Positions 38,135 through 48,700 of a stretch of 64,000 bases of DNA are shown here, piece by piece. Source of the DNA: Bacteriovoracia bacterium (GTDB lineage Bacteria; Bdellovibrionota; Bacteriovoracia; Bacteriovoracales; Bacteriovoracaceae); assembly GCA_046570105.1 (NCBI GenBank), contig JBKHVI010000009.1:10010-74009 (forward strand), written 5' to 3'. Under the pieces are notes generated by a model. The model did no database searches. It worked only from the letters and a program-made list of their open reading frames with translations, and was not told where the DNA came from. Numbering within the stretch: position 1 is the first letter of the stretch; each line of letters begins with the position of its first letter. The position numbers were made by a program, and so were the translations under genes.

Positions 38135-39676
38135 ATGTCGGTTTGGATTGTTGATTTTGGTTCTCAGTACACGCAACTCATTACGCGTAAAATGCGTGAG
38201 CTAGGTTTTGCTAGTGAGATCATGACGCTGGAAGAATCGCTTGAGCGGCTTAAAAAAAGTAAACCACGCGCACTCGTCCTCTCTGGTGGACCGCAGAGTG
38301 TTTTTGAAGACACCACTGATTACTCACCATTTTTTGCCGATCACAAACTTCCTATTTTGGGTGTCTGTTATGGCATGCAGATTCTAGGTCAGTTCTTCGG
38401 CGGCAAGGTGGAGAAGGGTGTGCAAGGTGAATACGGTCCAGCATCTATTCACGGAGTGAATGATTTTAAAATTCCGGGCTGTCCAAGCTCCCACGATGTG
38501 TGGATGAGTCACAGCGATCATGTGGCCGTCACTCCTAAAGAGTTTACCAAGATTTTAGAGAGCCATAACGGTCTGACTGCCGGCATCCAACACAATTCTC
38601 GTCCGATACTCGGATTACAGTTTCACCCAGAAGTGCAAAACACTGTTCATGGAAAAGAGATCTTGGGCTATTTCCTCAAGCAAGTGGCGGGGCTCCAAGA
38701 GGACTGGAACGGCCAGGCGATGCTGCAAGGGTGCCTGGATGAAGTCGCCAAAGTCAAAGGCCAGAAAGTGCTCTGCGCTTTTTCTGGTGGAGTTGATTCT
38801 CTCGTGGCGGCCATGCTCACTCATAAAGTCATCGGCACTGATCTCTACTGCTTCTTTGTAGATAATGGTCTCCTTCGTCCGCAAGATCTTCACCACATCA
38901 AACTTCTTAAAGAGAAAACGCCACTCAATATCGAAATCATCGATGCCAAGGCAGAATTTTTAGGAAATCTTGCTGGCGTGAAAGATCCAGAAGAGAAGCG
39001 AAAAATTATTGGTAAAACCTTTATTGATATTTTCGAGAAGAAAGTGAAGTCCTACGCTGACTCGCATGGGATTCATTTCGATCATCTCTTGCAGGGAACT
39101 CTTTATCCAGATGTGATTGAATCACTTTCACCGCACAAGAAAGGCGGTAAATCTTCAACTATCAAAAGTCATCACAACGTCGGCGGCCTTCCTGAGCGCA
39201 TGAAGTTGAAGCTTCTTGAACCTTTGCGCTTTCTTTTTAAAGACGAAGTGCGCGCCATGGGTGAAGAGCTGGGCCTTCCTCATGATTGGGTTTGGCGCCA
39301 TCCGTTCCCGGGACCTGGTATCGGTGTGCGCGTCTTAGGTGCCATCGATGAGAAGAGTGTGGTGAAGGTTCAGCTCTCAGATCAAATTCTTTTTGAAGAA
39401 CTTAAAAACCATAATCTCTACAGCTCGACTTGGCAGGCGTTCACGGTACTTCTTCCAGTTAAAACGGTGGGAGTGAAAGGTGATGGCCGTGTTTATGAAG
39501 AAGTCATTGCTTTACGCTTAGTGAACTCGCAAGACGGTATGACCGCCACTGTGACTGAGATGCCCTGGAGTGTGCTGGCTAAAATCTCTAGCCGCATCTG
39601 TAACGAAGTCGCCGGCATCACCCGCGTGGTTTACGACCTCACGCCGAAGCCGCCGGGGACGATTGAGTGGGAATGA
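38135..39676 (+). CDS. guaA: GMP synthase (glutamine-hydrolysing)
   Basis: DFGSQY, GVCYGMQ, QFHPE, SGGVDS, KSHHNVGGL and KPPGTIEWE motifs. Confidence 0.98.
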   Translation: MSVWIVDFGSQYTQLITRKMRELGFASEIMTLEESLERLKKSKPRALVLSGGPQSVFEDTTDYSPFFADHKLPILGVCYGMQILGQFFGGKVEKGVQGEYGPASIHGVNDFKIPGCPSSHDVWMSHSDHVAVTPKEFTKILESHNGLTAGIQHNSRPILGLQFHPEVQNTVHGKEILGYFLKQVAGLQEDWNGQAMLQGCLDEVAKVKGQKVLCAFSGGVDSLVAAMLTHKVIGTDLYCFFVDNGLLRPQDLHHIKLLKEKTPLNIEIIDAKAEFLGNLAGVKDPEEKRKIIGKTFIDIFEKKVKSYADSHGIHFDHLLQGTLYPDVIESLSPHKKGGKSSTIKSHHNVGGLPERMKLKLLEPLRFLFKDEVRAMGEELGLPHDWVWRHPFPGPGIGVRVLGAIDEKSVVKVQLSDQILFEELKNHNLYSSTWQAFTVLLPVKTVGVKGDGRVYEEVIALRLVNSQDGMTATVTEMPWSVLAKISSRICNEVAGITRVVYDLTPKPPGTIEWE

Positions 39677-39677
39677 A

Positions 39678-40016
39678 CTATCGCGACAGAGCCCAACCCC
39701 AGTCATAATCCAGAGCGAAGGGATTAGTGTCTTTCACGATTTTGTAAGTAATCAGTGTGCGACTTGAGCGTGGAGGAAGAACCTCGATGAAAGGGTAGCG
39801 GTAGGTGAGTTCGACATTTTCAATCCGCTGAATTTGAATCACGACCTTAACGGCATTCTCTGTGGGGTTGATGGCGACAATTCGACTCTCATCAGTGAAG
39901 ACACAAACCTCATCTTTCACCATGCCCGTCGGGCAATTAAGGGCCACTCCCGCAGGGCGCGGAGGCTGAGGCGCCAGTAAAATACTGACAGTTAAGAATG
40001 CGAGCAAAAAACTCAT
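39678..40016 (-). CDS. small exported hypothetical protein
   Basis: Hydrophobic N-terminus; follows the GATase gene. Confidence 0.6.
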   Translation of the reverse strand: MSFLLAFLTVSILLAPQPPRPAGVALNCPTGMVKDEVCVFTDESRIVAINPTENAVKVVIQIQRIENVELTYRYPFIEVLPPRSSRTLITYKIVKDTNPFALDYDWGWALSR

Positions 40017-40018
40017 CC

Positions 40019-40678
40019 TTAAATCCTAGCAAGAATTCCGTGGTGGTGAAAGAAAGACCTGACAAGTTTCATCCCATCAGTTTGCACAGATTCAACATCA
40101 GCCGAGTTATCCATCAAAGCTTCAGTGGAACAAAAGTCGACGGAGGCTTCGGCATGGGGTTGGGAGCCTAAAAAAGGGAGAGTTTTGTGGCGAATCAAAT
40201 CAAATCTCAGTCCCACGCCAATTTCTTCCAGTTCAGGTGGCAGAACCTTCACTACCTGGCGATGGCTGACGGCCATTTTAAGAACAGTTCCGGATTTTAA
40301 TCCAAACACATCCTGAGTGATTTTAACCTCGCGAGGCCCAGTGAGTTTGGTTTCGTCAGGAGCATAATAATCCACTACGCCTCCAAAGCGCTGACACATT
40401 AACTGATGGCCAAAACACAAACCCAAGACCGGGCGTTTTTCATGGAGCACATTAAAAAGAAAGTCTGCGAGTGGTTGGTGCCAAGGAAGATTTTGAAATA
40501 CATGGGAGGCACTTCCCAACACGATATAGGCGTCGGCCGGTGCCTTCTTAAGCGTTGTTATGCCCTGCAACTGAGGTTGATGGTACTGCAGCTTTGCATC
40601 CAGGCTTTCTACCAAGCGATTAAAGCAGGGAAGAGCGGGGCTCACGATAAACGGATCGATCACAGCTATCTTTTTCAT
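40019..40678 (-). CDS. class I glutamine amidotransferase-like protein
   Basis: IVLGS, LGLCFGHQL and QPHAE triad motifs; start MKKIAVID at 40678. Confidence 0.85.
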   Translation of the reverse strand: MKKIAVIDPFIVSPALPCFNRLVESLDAKLQYHQPQLQGITTLKKAPADAYIVLGSASHVFQNLPWHQPLADFLFNVLHEKRPVLGLCFGHQLMCQRFGGVVDYYAPDETKLTGPREVKITQDVFGLKSGTVLKMAVSHRQVVKVLPPELEEIGVGLRFDLIRHKTLPFLGSQPHAEASVDFCSTEALMDNSADVESVQTDGMKLVRSFFHHHGILARI

Positions 40679-40736
40679 CTGCCAAAGGCCTCTTTGAATG
40701 TTATGCTCCCGGCCATTGTGCATGAGGAGAAAGGTG

Positions 40737-41105
40737 ATGAAAAGTTCCCTGCTTTTAGTTTTATTCGTGGTCGCTTTTGTGACGGGGTGCACCCGTAAGT
40801 ACACCGACTATGACGTCATCCATAAATTACAATTCCGCGACAATCCAGAAGCTCGCCCGATCGCTCCGGTCATGGCGAAAAGTCATCGTGATGATGTGGC
40901 CGAATGTTTTGGCCAATGGCTCTTCTTTAATAACGCCGAAAAAGAAAAAGACCGCTATTTGCCGGCCCTCGTGCAAGTGCTGTGTCCGGGCTCTGAATAT
41001 CTCTTGGACACCACCATCACTCATCAGTGGTGGACGACGATTGTTTACAGTCGTTCATGTGTGGAAGTGAAGGCCCATTGCCCAGTGAAAAAACCTAAAA
41101 AATGA
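40737..41105 (+). CDS. lipoprotein
   Basis: Lipobox VTGC from ATG 40737. Confidence 0.7.
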   Translation: MKSSLLLVLFVVAFVTGCTRKYTDYDVIHKLQFRDNPEARPIAPVMAKSHRDDVAECFGQWLFFNNAEKEKDRYLPALVQVLCPGSEYLLDTTITHQWWTTIVYSRSCVEVKAHCPVKKPKK

Positions 41106-42067
41106 TTCTTGTTCTCGCGCTCATAAGCCTCTTCTCAGCTCACGCTTTTCATCAGGTGGAGGCACACTTAAGTCACCAATCCATTCTCGTTCGTCTTGAT
41201 CCGGGCCATGATTTTATCAAGGGTGATCGGGTGGTGATACTGACAAGCTCGAAGCAAGAATTGTCCGCGATAGGCATTGTAAAAGATGTAAACAAAGATG
41301 AATTTCCACCTACCGCCAAAGTTGAAATTAAAGAATTAATCGGTCGCCAGATGGTGCTGGTAGGCGATCCGGTGGAGCGCCTCACAGAAGAAGTGCTTGA
41401 GCAGTATCATGTCTCGGGCCACATCAGTTTGCTCTTAGGAAAAGACGATGAGATCTCTTCGCGTTTTAAAGAGCTGCCTTACTTAGGAGTCTTTAACTCC
41501 GATGGACACACGCTCGCTAAAGATGAATGGTTAGTGTCGATTCCACAAATTCAATATGGCATTGGCGAAAAATTCACCGTTAAGGTTTTAACAGGTCTCT
41601 ACTTAGATGGTTTTGCCAATATCGGTGGCAAATATAAACTGATGGAGACACAGTGGGGCCATCTCACATTTAACAGTCTAGTCAGTCGACAAGTCGATCG
41701 TTCAGATTGGGCGGTGTTGAGTGGTCTGGTGCTCACGCTTCCATCAAATGAAAAATTTCAATCTCACTTAGTTATCAACGTGCGAGTTGAAGGAATTGAA
41801 GAAGACAATCCTGAAGTCGACAAACTCAATCTCTTCCCGGCGTCTGATATCAGAACCATTTATGAATATGTCACCGACGACTGGGACCGCTGGTTATTTG
41901 GTCCACTTTTTAATTTCGAAACCCAAACCGTCGGCGGCACTCTGAGCCACATGTGGATTTGGGATACATTCCATCTCAATCTCGGTTTTGCAACGAGCGA
42001 CGTGAGTGAAGTCGAATTCCGCGAAGACGGCTACTACCTCGTCTTCGACTTTTTCTGGCGCTTCTAA
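41102..42067 (+). CDS. putative outer-membrane beta-barrel protein
   Basis: Signal peptide AHA; amphipathic strands; C-terminal FDFFWRF BAM-signal-like motif. Confidence 0.7.
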   Translation: MILVLALISLFSAHAFHQVEAHLSHQSILVRLDPGHDFIKGDRVVILTSSKQELSAIGIVKDVNKDEFPPTAKVEIKELIGRQMVLVGDPVERLTEEVLEQYHVSGHISLLLGKDDEISSRFKELPYLGVFNSDGHTLAKDEWLVSIPQIQYGIGEKFTVKVLTGLYLDGFANIGGKYKLMETQWGHLTFNSLVSRQVDRSDWAVLSGLVLTLPSNEKFQSHLVINVRVEGIEEDNPEVDKLNLFPASDIRTIYEYVTDDWDRWLFGPLFNFETQTVGGTLSHMWIWDTFHLNLGFATSDVSEVEFREDGYYLVFDFFWRF

Positions 42068-42089
42068 AAGGTGTCATGCACTTTTTGGA

Positions 42090-43094
42090 CTACCAGCGAT
42101 AAAGCGCGCCACCCCAAGCAAAGCCTGAGCCGAAAGCCGCGCTGGCAACTAGAGAGCCTTTTTTGAGCATGCCTTTTTTCTGCGCTTCATACATCCCGAT
42201 AGGGATCGTCGCAGCGGTAGTGTTGCCGTAGTACTGAATGGTGTTTAAGACTTTTTCGGGTGGGATTTTTAATTCCTGTGCCACCATTTCGTTGATGCGC
42301 ATGTTGGCCTGGTGAAAGAGAAAGAGATCAACGTCGTTGATGGTGACTTTGTTGTGAGCGAGTGTTTCATGAATGACTTCGGCCATGCGGCGAATGGCGT
42401 GGGCGAAAACTTTTTTGCCATTCATTTTAGGGAAGTGCAGTCCTTCAGCGAGCATCTCCGGTGAAACGCGCTTAGCACCCAGGTTCATACCAGGGCCTGG
42501 AATCCAGAGGTCTTCAGCGAAAGCACCATCGGCGTGAAGATGAGTACTGAGCACGCGTGATGAGTTGTTAACGTCAGTTCTTCTCATGACAACAGCACCG
42601 GCACCATCTCCGAAAAGAACGGCGATGTCACGGCCATTGTTAGAGAGATCAAGGCCTTTAGATTGGACTTCGGCACCGACTAACAGAACAGTTTTGTACA
42701 TGCCACTCTTGATGAATTGATCGGCGATGGAGAGGCCATAGATAAAGCCACTGCAGGCCTGACGGATATCGAGGGCCGCACAGCCTGAGAGACCGAGTTT
42801 AGTTTGGAGAAAACAAGCGGTGCCAGGAAAGTCGTGATCACCGGAAATAGTAGTGACGATAATGAGATCAATTTCTTCTTTGGAAATTTTCGCTGCTTCA
42901 ATGGCCTGCAAGGATGCCTTGAGACCTAGATCACTGGTGGTGGTGTTGGCATCGACCCAGCGGCGCTCTTTGATGCCTGAGCGTTGGGTGATCCATTCAT
43001 CGCTGGTTTCCATCCACTGAGAAAGATCATTGTTAGTGATCACGCGATCTGGAACACACATACCAACAGAAATGATTTCTGAAGCAAAGCTCAT
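42090..43094 (-). CDS. fabH: 3-oxoacyl-ACP synthase III
   Basis: WITQRSGI, ACSGF, LFGDGAGA, HQAN and YGNT motifs. Confidence 0.95.
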   Translation of the reverse strand: MSFASEIISVGMCVPDRVITNNDLSQWMETSDEWITQRSGIKERRWVDANTTTSDLGLKASLQAIEAAKISKEEIDLIIVTTISGDHDFPGTACFLQTKLGLSGCAALDIRQACSGFIYGLSIADQFIKSGMYKTVLLVGAEVQSKGLDLSNNGRDIAVLFGDGAGAVVMRRTDVNNSSRVLSTHLHADGAFAEDLWIPGPGMNLGAKRVSPEMLAEGLHFPKMNGKKVFAHAIRRMAEVIHETLAHNKVTINDVDLFLFHQANMRINEMVAQELKIPPEKVLNTIQYYGNTTAATIPIGMYEAQKKGMLKKGSLVASAAFGSGFAWGGALYRW

Positions 43095-43141
43095 GAGGAC
43101 TCCTTCCAAGTTAGTACCTAGATTTTAGAGGGAGATCAGGT

Positions 43142-43774
43142 TTAAGCCAAGTAAGGAAGAATAACTCCGACGAGACCACTCAGTTTCACGGCGAGAAGCC
43201 ATAAAATGATAGCGAGAGTGCGCTCAATGGGTTTTTGTGCGGCAAGGAAGAGCTGTTGCACTTTAGTTTGGGTGAAAAAGCGGGTCACCAAGCAGAACCA
43301 TGCGGCGGTGAGAGTCACCATGAGAAGGACGGCGATGAGACGAATATTAAGATCAATTTCGGGTGTGAGGACGTTGACGAGAAGACTGATGAAAAAAAGC
43401 ATCGCTTTAACATTGAGAAGATTGGTGATGAGGCCTTCGCGAAAAGAAGCGAAATTACTTTGTGTCTGTTTTTGCGTTTGCTGTTGAAATTGAAAAGGGG
43501 AGGAGTTCCAGGATTGCCAACCTAAATAAGCGAGATAGATGGCGCCGCCGTACTTAAGGATTTCAAGAAAGAGTGGGAATTTTTCGAGGAGAAAACTTAA
43601 ACCTAAAAGACCCCAAGTAAGATGGAAGGCGACACCAGCGGCAAAACCCAAGGCGGTGAAGTAGCCGTCACGGCGTGATTTTCCGAGAGCGTTGCGGATG
43701 ATGAGGACGAAGTCGGGACCTGGTGACATGAGTGCCATCAAGTGAGTCAAGGCCACAGTCCAAAGTAGACTCAT
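43142..43774 (-). CDS. LysE/RhtB family amino-acid exporter
   Basis: MSPGPDF, GAIYLAYLG and FREGLITNLLN motifs. Confidence 0.92.
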   Translation of the reverse strand: MSLLWTVALTHLMALMSPGPDFVLIIRNALGKSRRDGYFTALGFAAGVAFHLTWGLLGLSFLLEKFPLFLEILKYGGAIYLAYLGWQSWNSSPFQFQQQTQKQTQSNFASFREGLITNLLNVKAMLFFISLLVNVLTPEIDLNIRLIAVLLMVTLTAAWFCLVTRFFTQTKVQQLFLAAQKPIERTLAIILWLLAVKLSGLVGVILPYLA

Positions 43775-44427
43775 AGATTGAAATCCGCAAAACTGGTGAT
43801 CGCTTGGTGAGTGGTAGGTTGAATGCCATCCCGGAAAACTTGCACAGTTTCTAGGCCCGCAAGTCTGGCAGCATCGAGTTCTTCTTTGATGTCAGAGAAG
43901 AAGATGATTTCGGTTTTGAGTGTTTCTTTGATGGTTTGATAGCTCTTCGCTTCGCGCTTACCACCGACTTTGGTATCAAAATAATTTGAGAGATGAGCGG
44001 TGAGATCTCCTGCTGTTGAAAAACGAAAGAGCAGCTTTTGTGCTGGCACTGAGCCGGAAGAATAGATGGCGAGTTGATGGCCTTGTTTTTTCCAATTAAG
44101 CCAAGCGGGAAGAACGTCAGAGTAAACATGGCCTTTGAATGCACCTGACTCGTAGCCTTTCAGCCAGATTTCACCTTGCAGCGTTTTGAGAGCACTCTGT
44201 TTGCGATCAGTTCTGATCCAAAGTTTAAGCGCCTCGATGACGTCAGTCAGGGAAGCCTGCATATTTCTCTCTTCAAGCAGAGTAACTCTGACTTGATTGA
44301 TGGCAGGATGATGGGAGTTCTCACGCACATAAGTTTCGATGCGCTCGAGGGAATAGGGGAAGAGCACTTTATGGACAAAAGCAATATCAGTGGTCGTGCC
44401 TTCAATATCAAAGAGCAGCGTTTTCAC
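43771..44427 (-). CDS. mtnC: enolase-phosphatase E1 (acireductone synthase)
   Basis: DIEGTT, LFPYS, LKTLQG, YSSGSV.AQ and FSD motifs. Confidence 0.95.
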   Translation of the reverse strand: MKTLLFDIEGTTTDIAFVHKVLFPYSLERIETYVRENSHHPAINQVRVTLLEERNMQASLTDVIEALKLWIRTDRKQSALKTLQGEIWLKGYESGAFKGHVYSDVLPAWLNWKKQGHQLAIYSSGSVPAQKLLFRFSTAGDLTAHLSNYFDTKVGGKREAKSYQTIKETLKTEIIFFSDIKEELDAARLAGLETVQVFRDGIQPTTHQAITSFADFNL

Positions 44428-44942
44428 AGGATGTACTTTTTCTCAATGCCTGATTCGGTGTAGCGAGCGACCCAACCTTCTTTGGTCATAAACACACGAA
44501 TAGCCTTGACGTGGTATTTCGGAGCGAGATCAAACCAGTGCTTGTAGCCTTTTGGCACAGAAATAAAATCACCTTTTTGGCAAAGAAGTGAGAAGACTTC
44601 ACCGTGGTTAAAGAAAAACTCGCCTTGGCCGTCGACAAAAAAACGTACTTCGTCTTCGTCGTGAGTGTGCTCGGCTAAAAACTTCTTTCTGATTTCTTCA
44701 ATGTTTGGCGTACCTTTATGGACATTGATGACATCGGCGTTGTTGTAACCGTGTTTCGCCATATAGGGACTTAAGGAATGTTGATAGGCTTCGAGAATGG
44801 TTTCTTGATCGTCTTCGTCATTGAGTTCTTTAGAAGATTCCCATTGCTCGAAAATAATCCCACGCTCATTCATGAACTTCTTGATCTCTTTAACGTCTTT
44901 GATCAGTTTATTTTTCTGATCGAGTAGCTTGAGAACCGCCAT
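44424..44942 (-). CDS. mtnD: acireductone dioxygenase
   Basis: FLAEHTHDEDEVRFF...HWF motif. Confidence 0.95.
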   Translation of the reverse strand: MAVLKLLDQKNKLIKDVKEIKKFMNERGIIFEQWESSKELNDEDDQETILEAYQHSLSPYMAKHGYNNADVINVHKGTPNIEEIRKKFLAEHTHDEDEVRFFVDGQGEFFFNHGEVFSLLCQKGDFISVPKGYKHWFDLAPKYHVKAIRVFMTKEGWVARYTESGIEKKYIL

Positions 44943-44944
44943 GT

Positions 44945-45571
44945 CTATGCTCCTAAGCGTTGGAGTTCAAATAAGAACTCAAAAGTTTCGATATGTCTTT
45001 TGGCTTCGGCGACTGTCTTACCCCAAGAATAGAGTCCGTGGCCCGCGATCAGAAAGCCGTGAGGTTTTAGAGGCCAGTGCTGCTCCATCTCGGCAAGAAT
45101 ACCTTTCATGTCTTGGTTGTTAGAAACAACAGGAAGGGCGATTTCAGCAAAGTGGGTATCAATTCCAGTCAGGCCTTTCAAAATTTCCCAACCTGAAAAT
45201 TTGATTTCAACACTCTTGGCATTTTTTTGGCCGATCCATGTTCCCAGCACTGAGTGTGTGTGGAGGACACAATTAATTTCCGGGAAGCGCTTATAAATGG
45301 CGGTATGAATTTCAGTTTCGGCCGATGATTTGATGCCCGAACCTTGTGAGCGAGCGAGAACAGTTCCGTTGCTATCGATTGAGATGAGATCCGTCGCCTT
45401 GAATTGAGATTTATCTACGCCTGAGCGAGAAATAAGAATTTCTCCGGGAGCTTCCAGACGAATGGAGTAGTTGGTTGAGGTCGCTGGGCTCCAGTTTTTT
45501 TGCGAAAAAAACTGAATCGCCTCCAGCAGCTCCTGTGCCTGACCCTGGTCTTTAAAGCTCAAATCGGTCAT
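44945..45571 (-). CDS. mtnB: methylthioribulose-1-phosphate dehydratase
   Basis: WSPATSTNYS, SGVDK, SAET, HTHS and HGLY motifs. Confidence 0.93.
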   Translation of the reverse strand: MTDLSFKDQGQAQELLEAIQFFSQKNWSPATSTNYSIRLEAPGEILISRSGVDKSQFKATDLISIDSNGTVLARSQGSGIKSSAETEIHTAIYKRFPEINCVLHTHSVLGTWIGQKNAKSVEIKFSGWEILKGLTGIDTHFAEIALPVVSNNQDMKGILAEMEQHWPLKPHGFLIAGHGLYSWGKTVAEAKRHIETFEFLFELQRLGA

Positions 45572-45715
45572 GAAATTTGTCCCTTTTTTATCCTCTTGGT
45601 GTCGCTAAAAAATCATTCTCTGAAAAGTCATATTTTATTAAGTAAATAACGCCGGGAGTCTAATGGGTTTACCCTCACTTGGAGAGGAGGTGATTTTTGT
45701 CAGAAAACAGCAAAA

Positions 45716-48700
45716 ATGGCATTCTTAACAGACACACGGCCAAGGAAGGCCTCGAAAATCGAGAGATTATCTATGAAGAACCCCTTCCTTGGAAGTCAAT
45801 TCCAGTCCACTCACGCCGACAGTTTTGTCCATTTGCATCTCCATACGCAATACAGTTTGCTCGATGGTGCCATTCGTTTGGATGATTTGTTCAAGAAGGC
45901 GAAAGAAATTGGTGTTCCCGCCATCGCCAGTACCGATCATGGCAACATGTTTGGGGCCATTGATTTTTATACGCGTGCTTTGCAGGCCGGCATTAAGCCG
46001 ATTTTAGGATCAGAGATTTATTTTACGCCGGGCTCACGTTTTGATCGCCGTCCGCCTAAGAATTCTAAGACGCTTGATTCCCAAGATGAAACCGAAGCTA
46101 AGCACCAAATTCACCATTTAATTTTGTTATGCAAGAACCTCACAGGTTACCGCAATCTTTGTAAGCTTCTCACTAAGGCCTATCAAGAAGGGTTTTACTA
46201 CAAGCCCCGCGCTGATGTGGATCTACTTAAAGAATATTCAGAAGGCCTCATTGCCACTTCGGCCTGTTTGAAAGGGGAAGTGGGTTTTAATCTTTTCACC
46301 GGCCAGGATGATCGCGCTTATGCAGCCGCGATGAAGTTCAAAGATATCTTTGGAGATGATTTTTATCTCGAGATTCAAGAGAACGGCATTCCTGAGCAAG
46401 TCGATGTGAATAGAAAAGTTGTCGCCTTCGCTAAAGAAAATAATATTAAGCTCGTGGCAACTAATGATTGTCACTATATCGATCGCGAAGATGCGGCCGC
46501 CCAAGAAGTTTTGATGTGTATTCAAACGGGTAAAACCTTTGAAGATGAAAAGCGCATGAAACTCACCACTACCGAGTTTTTCTTTAAGACTCCCGCTCAA
46601 ATGCGTGAAGCCTTCAGCTATATCAAAGAGGCATGTGACAATACCTTAAAGATTGCCGATGAATGTAATCTCGAACTCACTTGGCAAGATGAAAAAGGTA
46701 AACAGATTTATCATTTGCCTAAATTTGATATTCCTACTGAAGAGAGCGAAGAAGAATTCTTTGCTCGCGCCTCGCTGGAAGGACTTGAGAATCGTTTTGC
46801 CGGACCACATTTTCGTGAATTGGTCGTCAAAGAAAATTGGGCGACTGAGCTTCGCCCGCGCTATATCGATCGCTTAAATGAAGAAGTGCGTCTGATTAAG
46901 CAGATGGGTTTTACAGGTTACTTCCTCATCGTATCGGACTTTATTCGTTGGGCCAAGGCCCATGATATTCCAGTCGGTCCAGGGCGAGGTTCGGGTGCCG
47001 GTTCATTGGTGGCGTATAGTTTAGATATCACCAACATCGACCCCCTTCCGTACAATCTTCTCTTTGAGCGATTCATAAATCCTGAACGTATTTCCATGCC
47101 GGATTTTGATATCGACTTCTGTCAGGATCGCCGTCAGGAAGTGATCGCGTATGTAACTAAGAAATATGGTGAAGAACGCGTCGGTCAGATTATTACCTTT
47201 GGTAAACTCCAAGCCAAAGCGGTTATCCGCGATGTCTCGCGCGTGTTTGCTCTTCCTTATTCAGAAGCTGATGCTCTAGCGAAACTCATTCCTGATGAGT
47301 TGGGAATTGAACTCCAAGAAGCGATCGATAAAGAGCCCAAGCTCAAAGAGCTAGAAGACAACGATCCTAAGATTCGCCGAGTGCTACAGATTTCAAAACG
47401 CCTCGAGGGACTCTATCGTCACGCTTCGATTCACGCTGCTGGTGTTATTATCACCAACGAACCACTGGTGACTTACTGTCCGCTCTACAAAGGGCGTGAG
47501 GGTGAGCAAGTTGTTCAGTTTGATAAAGACTTCTCCGAAAAAATTGGACTGGTTAAGTTTGACTTCTTGGGACTAAAAACTCTGACGGTGATTGATAATG
47601 CCGTGAAGTTTGTTCGTCGTGACCACGATAAGAGTTTTAATATTGAAGATATCTCCATGACTGATAAGTCAGTGTTTGACTTGATCGGGGATGGCGATAC
47701 CACGGGTGTTTTCCAGCTTGAATCTTCAGGCATGAAAGATCTGTGTAAGCGTATTAAACCCGACTCGATCGATGATATCACTGCGATTAACGCTCTTTAT
47801 CGTCCGGGCCCGATGGGTTCAGGGATGCATGATGAATTCGTGGAAATCAAACACGGCCGCAAACCAGAGCAGTACTTGTTCGAAGAATTGCGTCCGGTTC
47901 TAAAAGATACTTACGGTATTATCGTTTACCAAGAACAGGTCATGAACATCGCTCGTACCATTGCGGGCTTTTCGCTTGGTCAAGCGGATATGCTTCGTCG
48001 AGCCATGGGTAAGAAAAAACCTGAAGAGATGGAGAAGTACAAAAAAATCTTCATCGAAGGCGCGAGTGCTAAGGGCTTTGATGTTGATAAGAGTATTTAC
48101 CTCTTTGATTTGATGGCGAAATTTGCGGAGTACGGCTTTAACAAGTCTCACGCCGTGGCCTACGCGGTGATTGCTTATCAAACCGCCTTCTTGAAGCGCT
48201 ATTATCCGGCCGCATTCTATGCTGCTCTTCTCGGTACCGAGATCAGCAATATGGATAAAGTCACCATGTATGCACAAGATGCCCGTGAGCATGATATTGT
48301 TATCCTTCCACCTGATGTGAATGAATCTCTCTGGCTGTTTAACGTCATCGGTAACACCATTCGTTTCGGTATGGGGGCGATTAAAAACGTCGGCGAGGGT
48401 GCTGTTCAGGCGATTATTAAAGAGCGTGAAGAAAATGGACCATTAAAGGGTCTCATTGATTTCTCTGAGCGCGTGAATCCGAAGGAAGTGAACTCGCGCG
48501 TGATGGAATCACTCGTGAAGGTCGGTGCTTTTGATTCGGTTGAAAAGTACAACCGCAAAACGCTTCTTGAGAACCTCGAAATGATCACTGCTTACGGTGC
48601 CCGCAAGCAAGAAGAGAAGAGTATGGGGCAAACCAATCTCTTCGATATGGGTGGCAGCTCGGAAGCTTCGGCGGAAGAGGCCTTACAGATTCATGAGACA

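Noticed and set aside
45572..45715. SAM riboswitch upstream of mtnBDC
   Set aside because: No recognisable SAM-I or SAM-II consensus or terminator on the minus strand.
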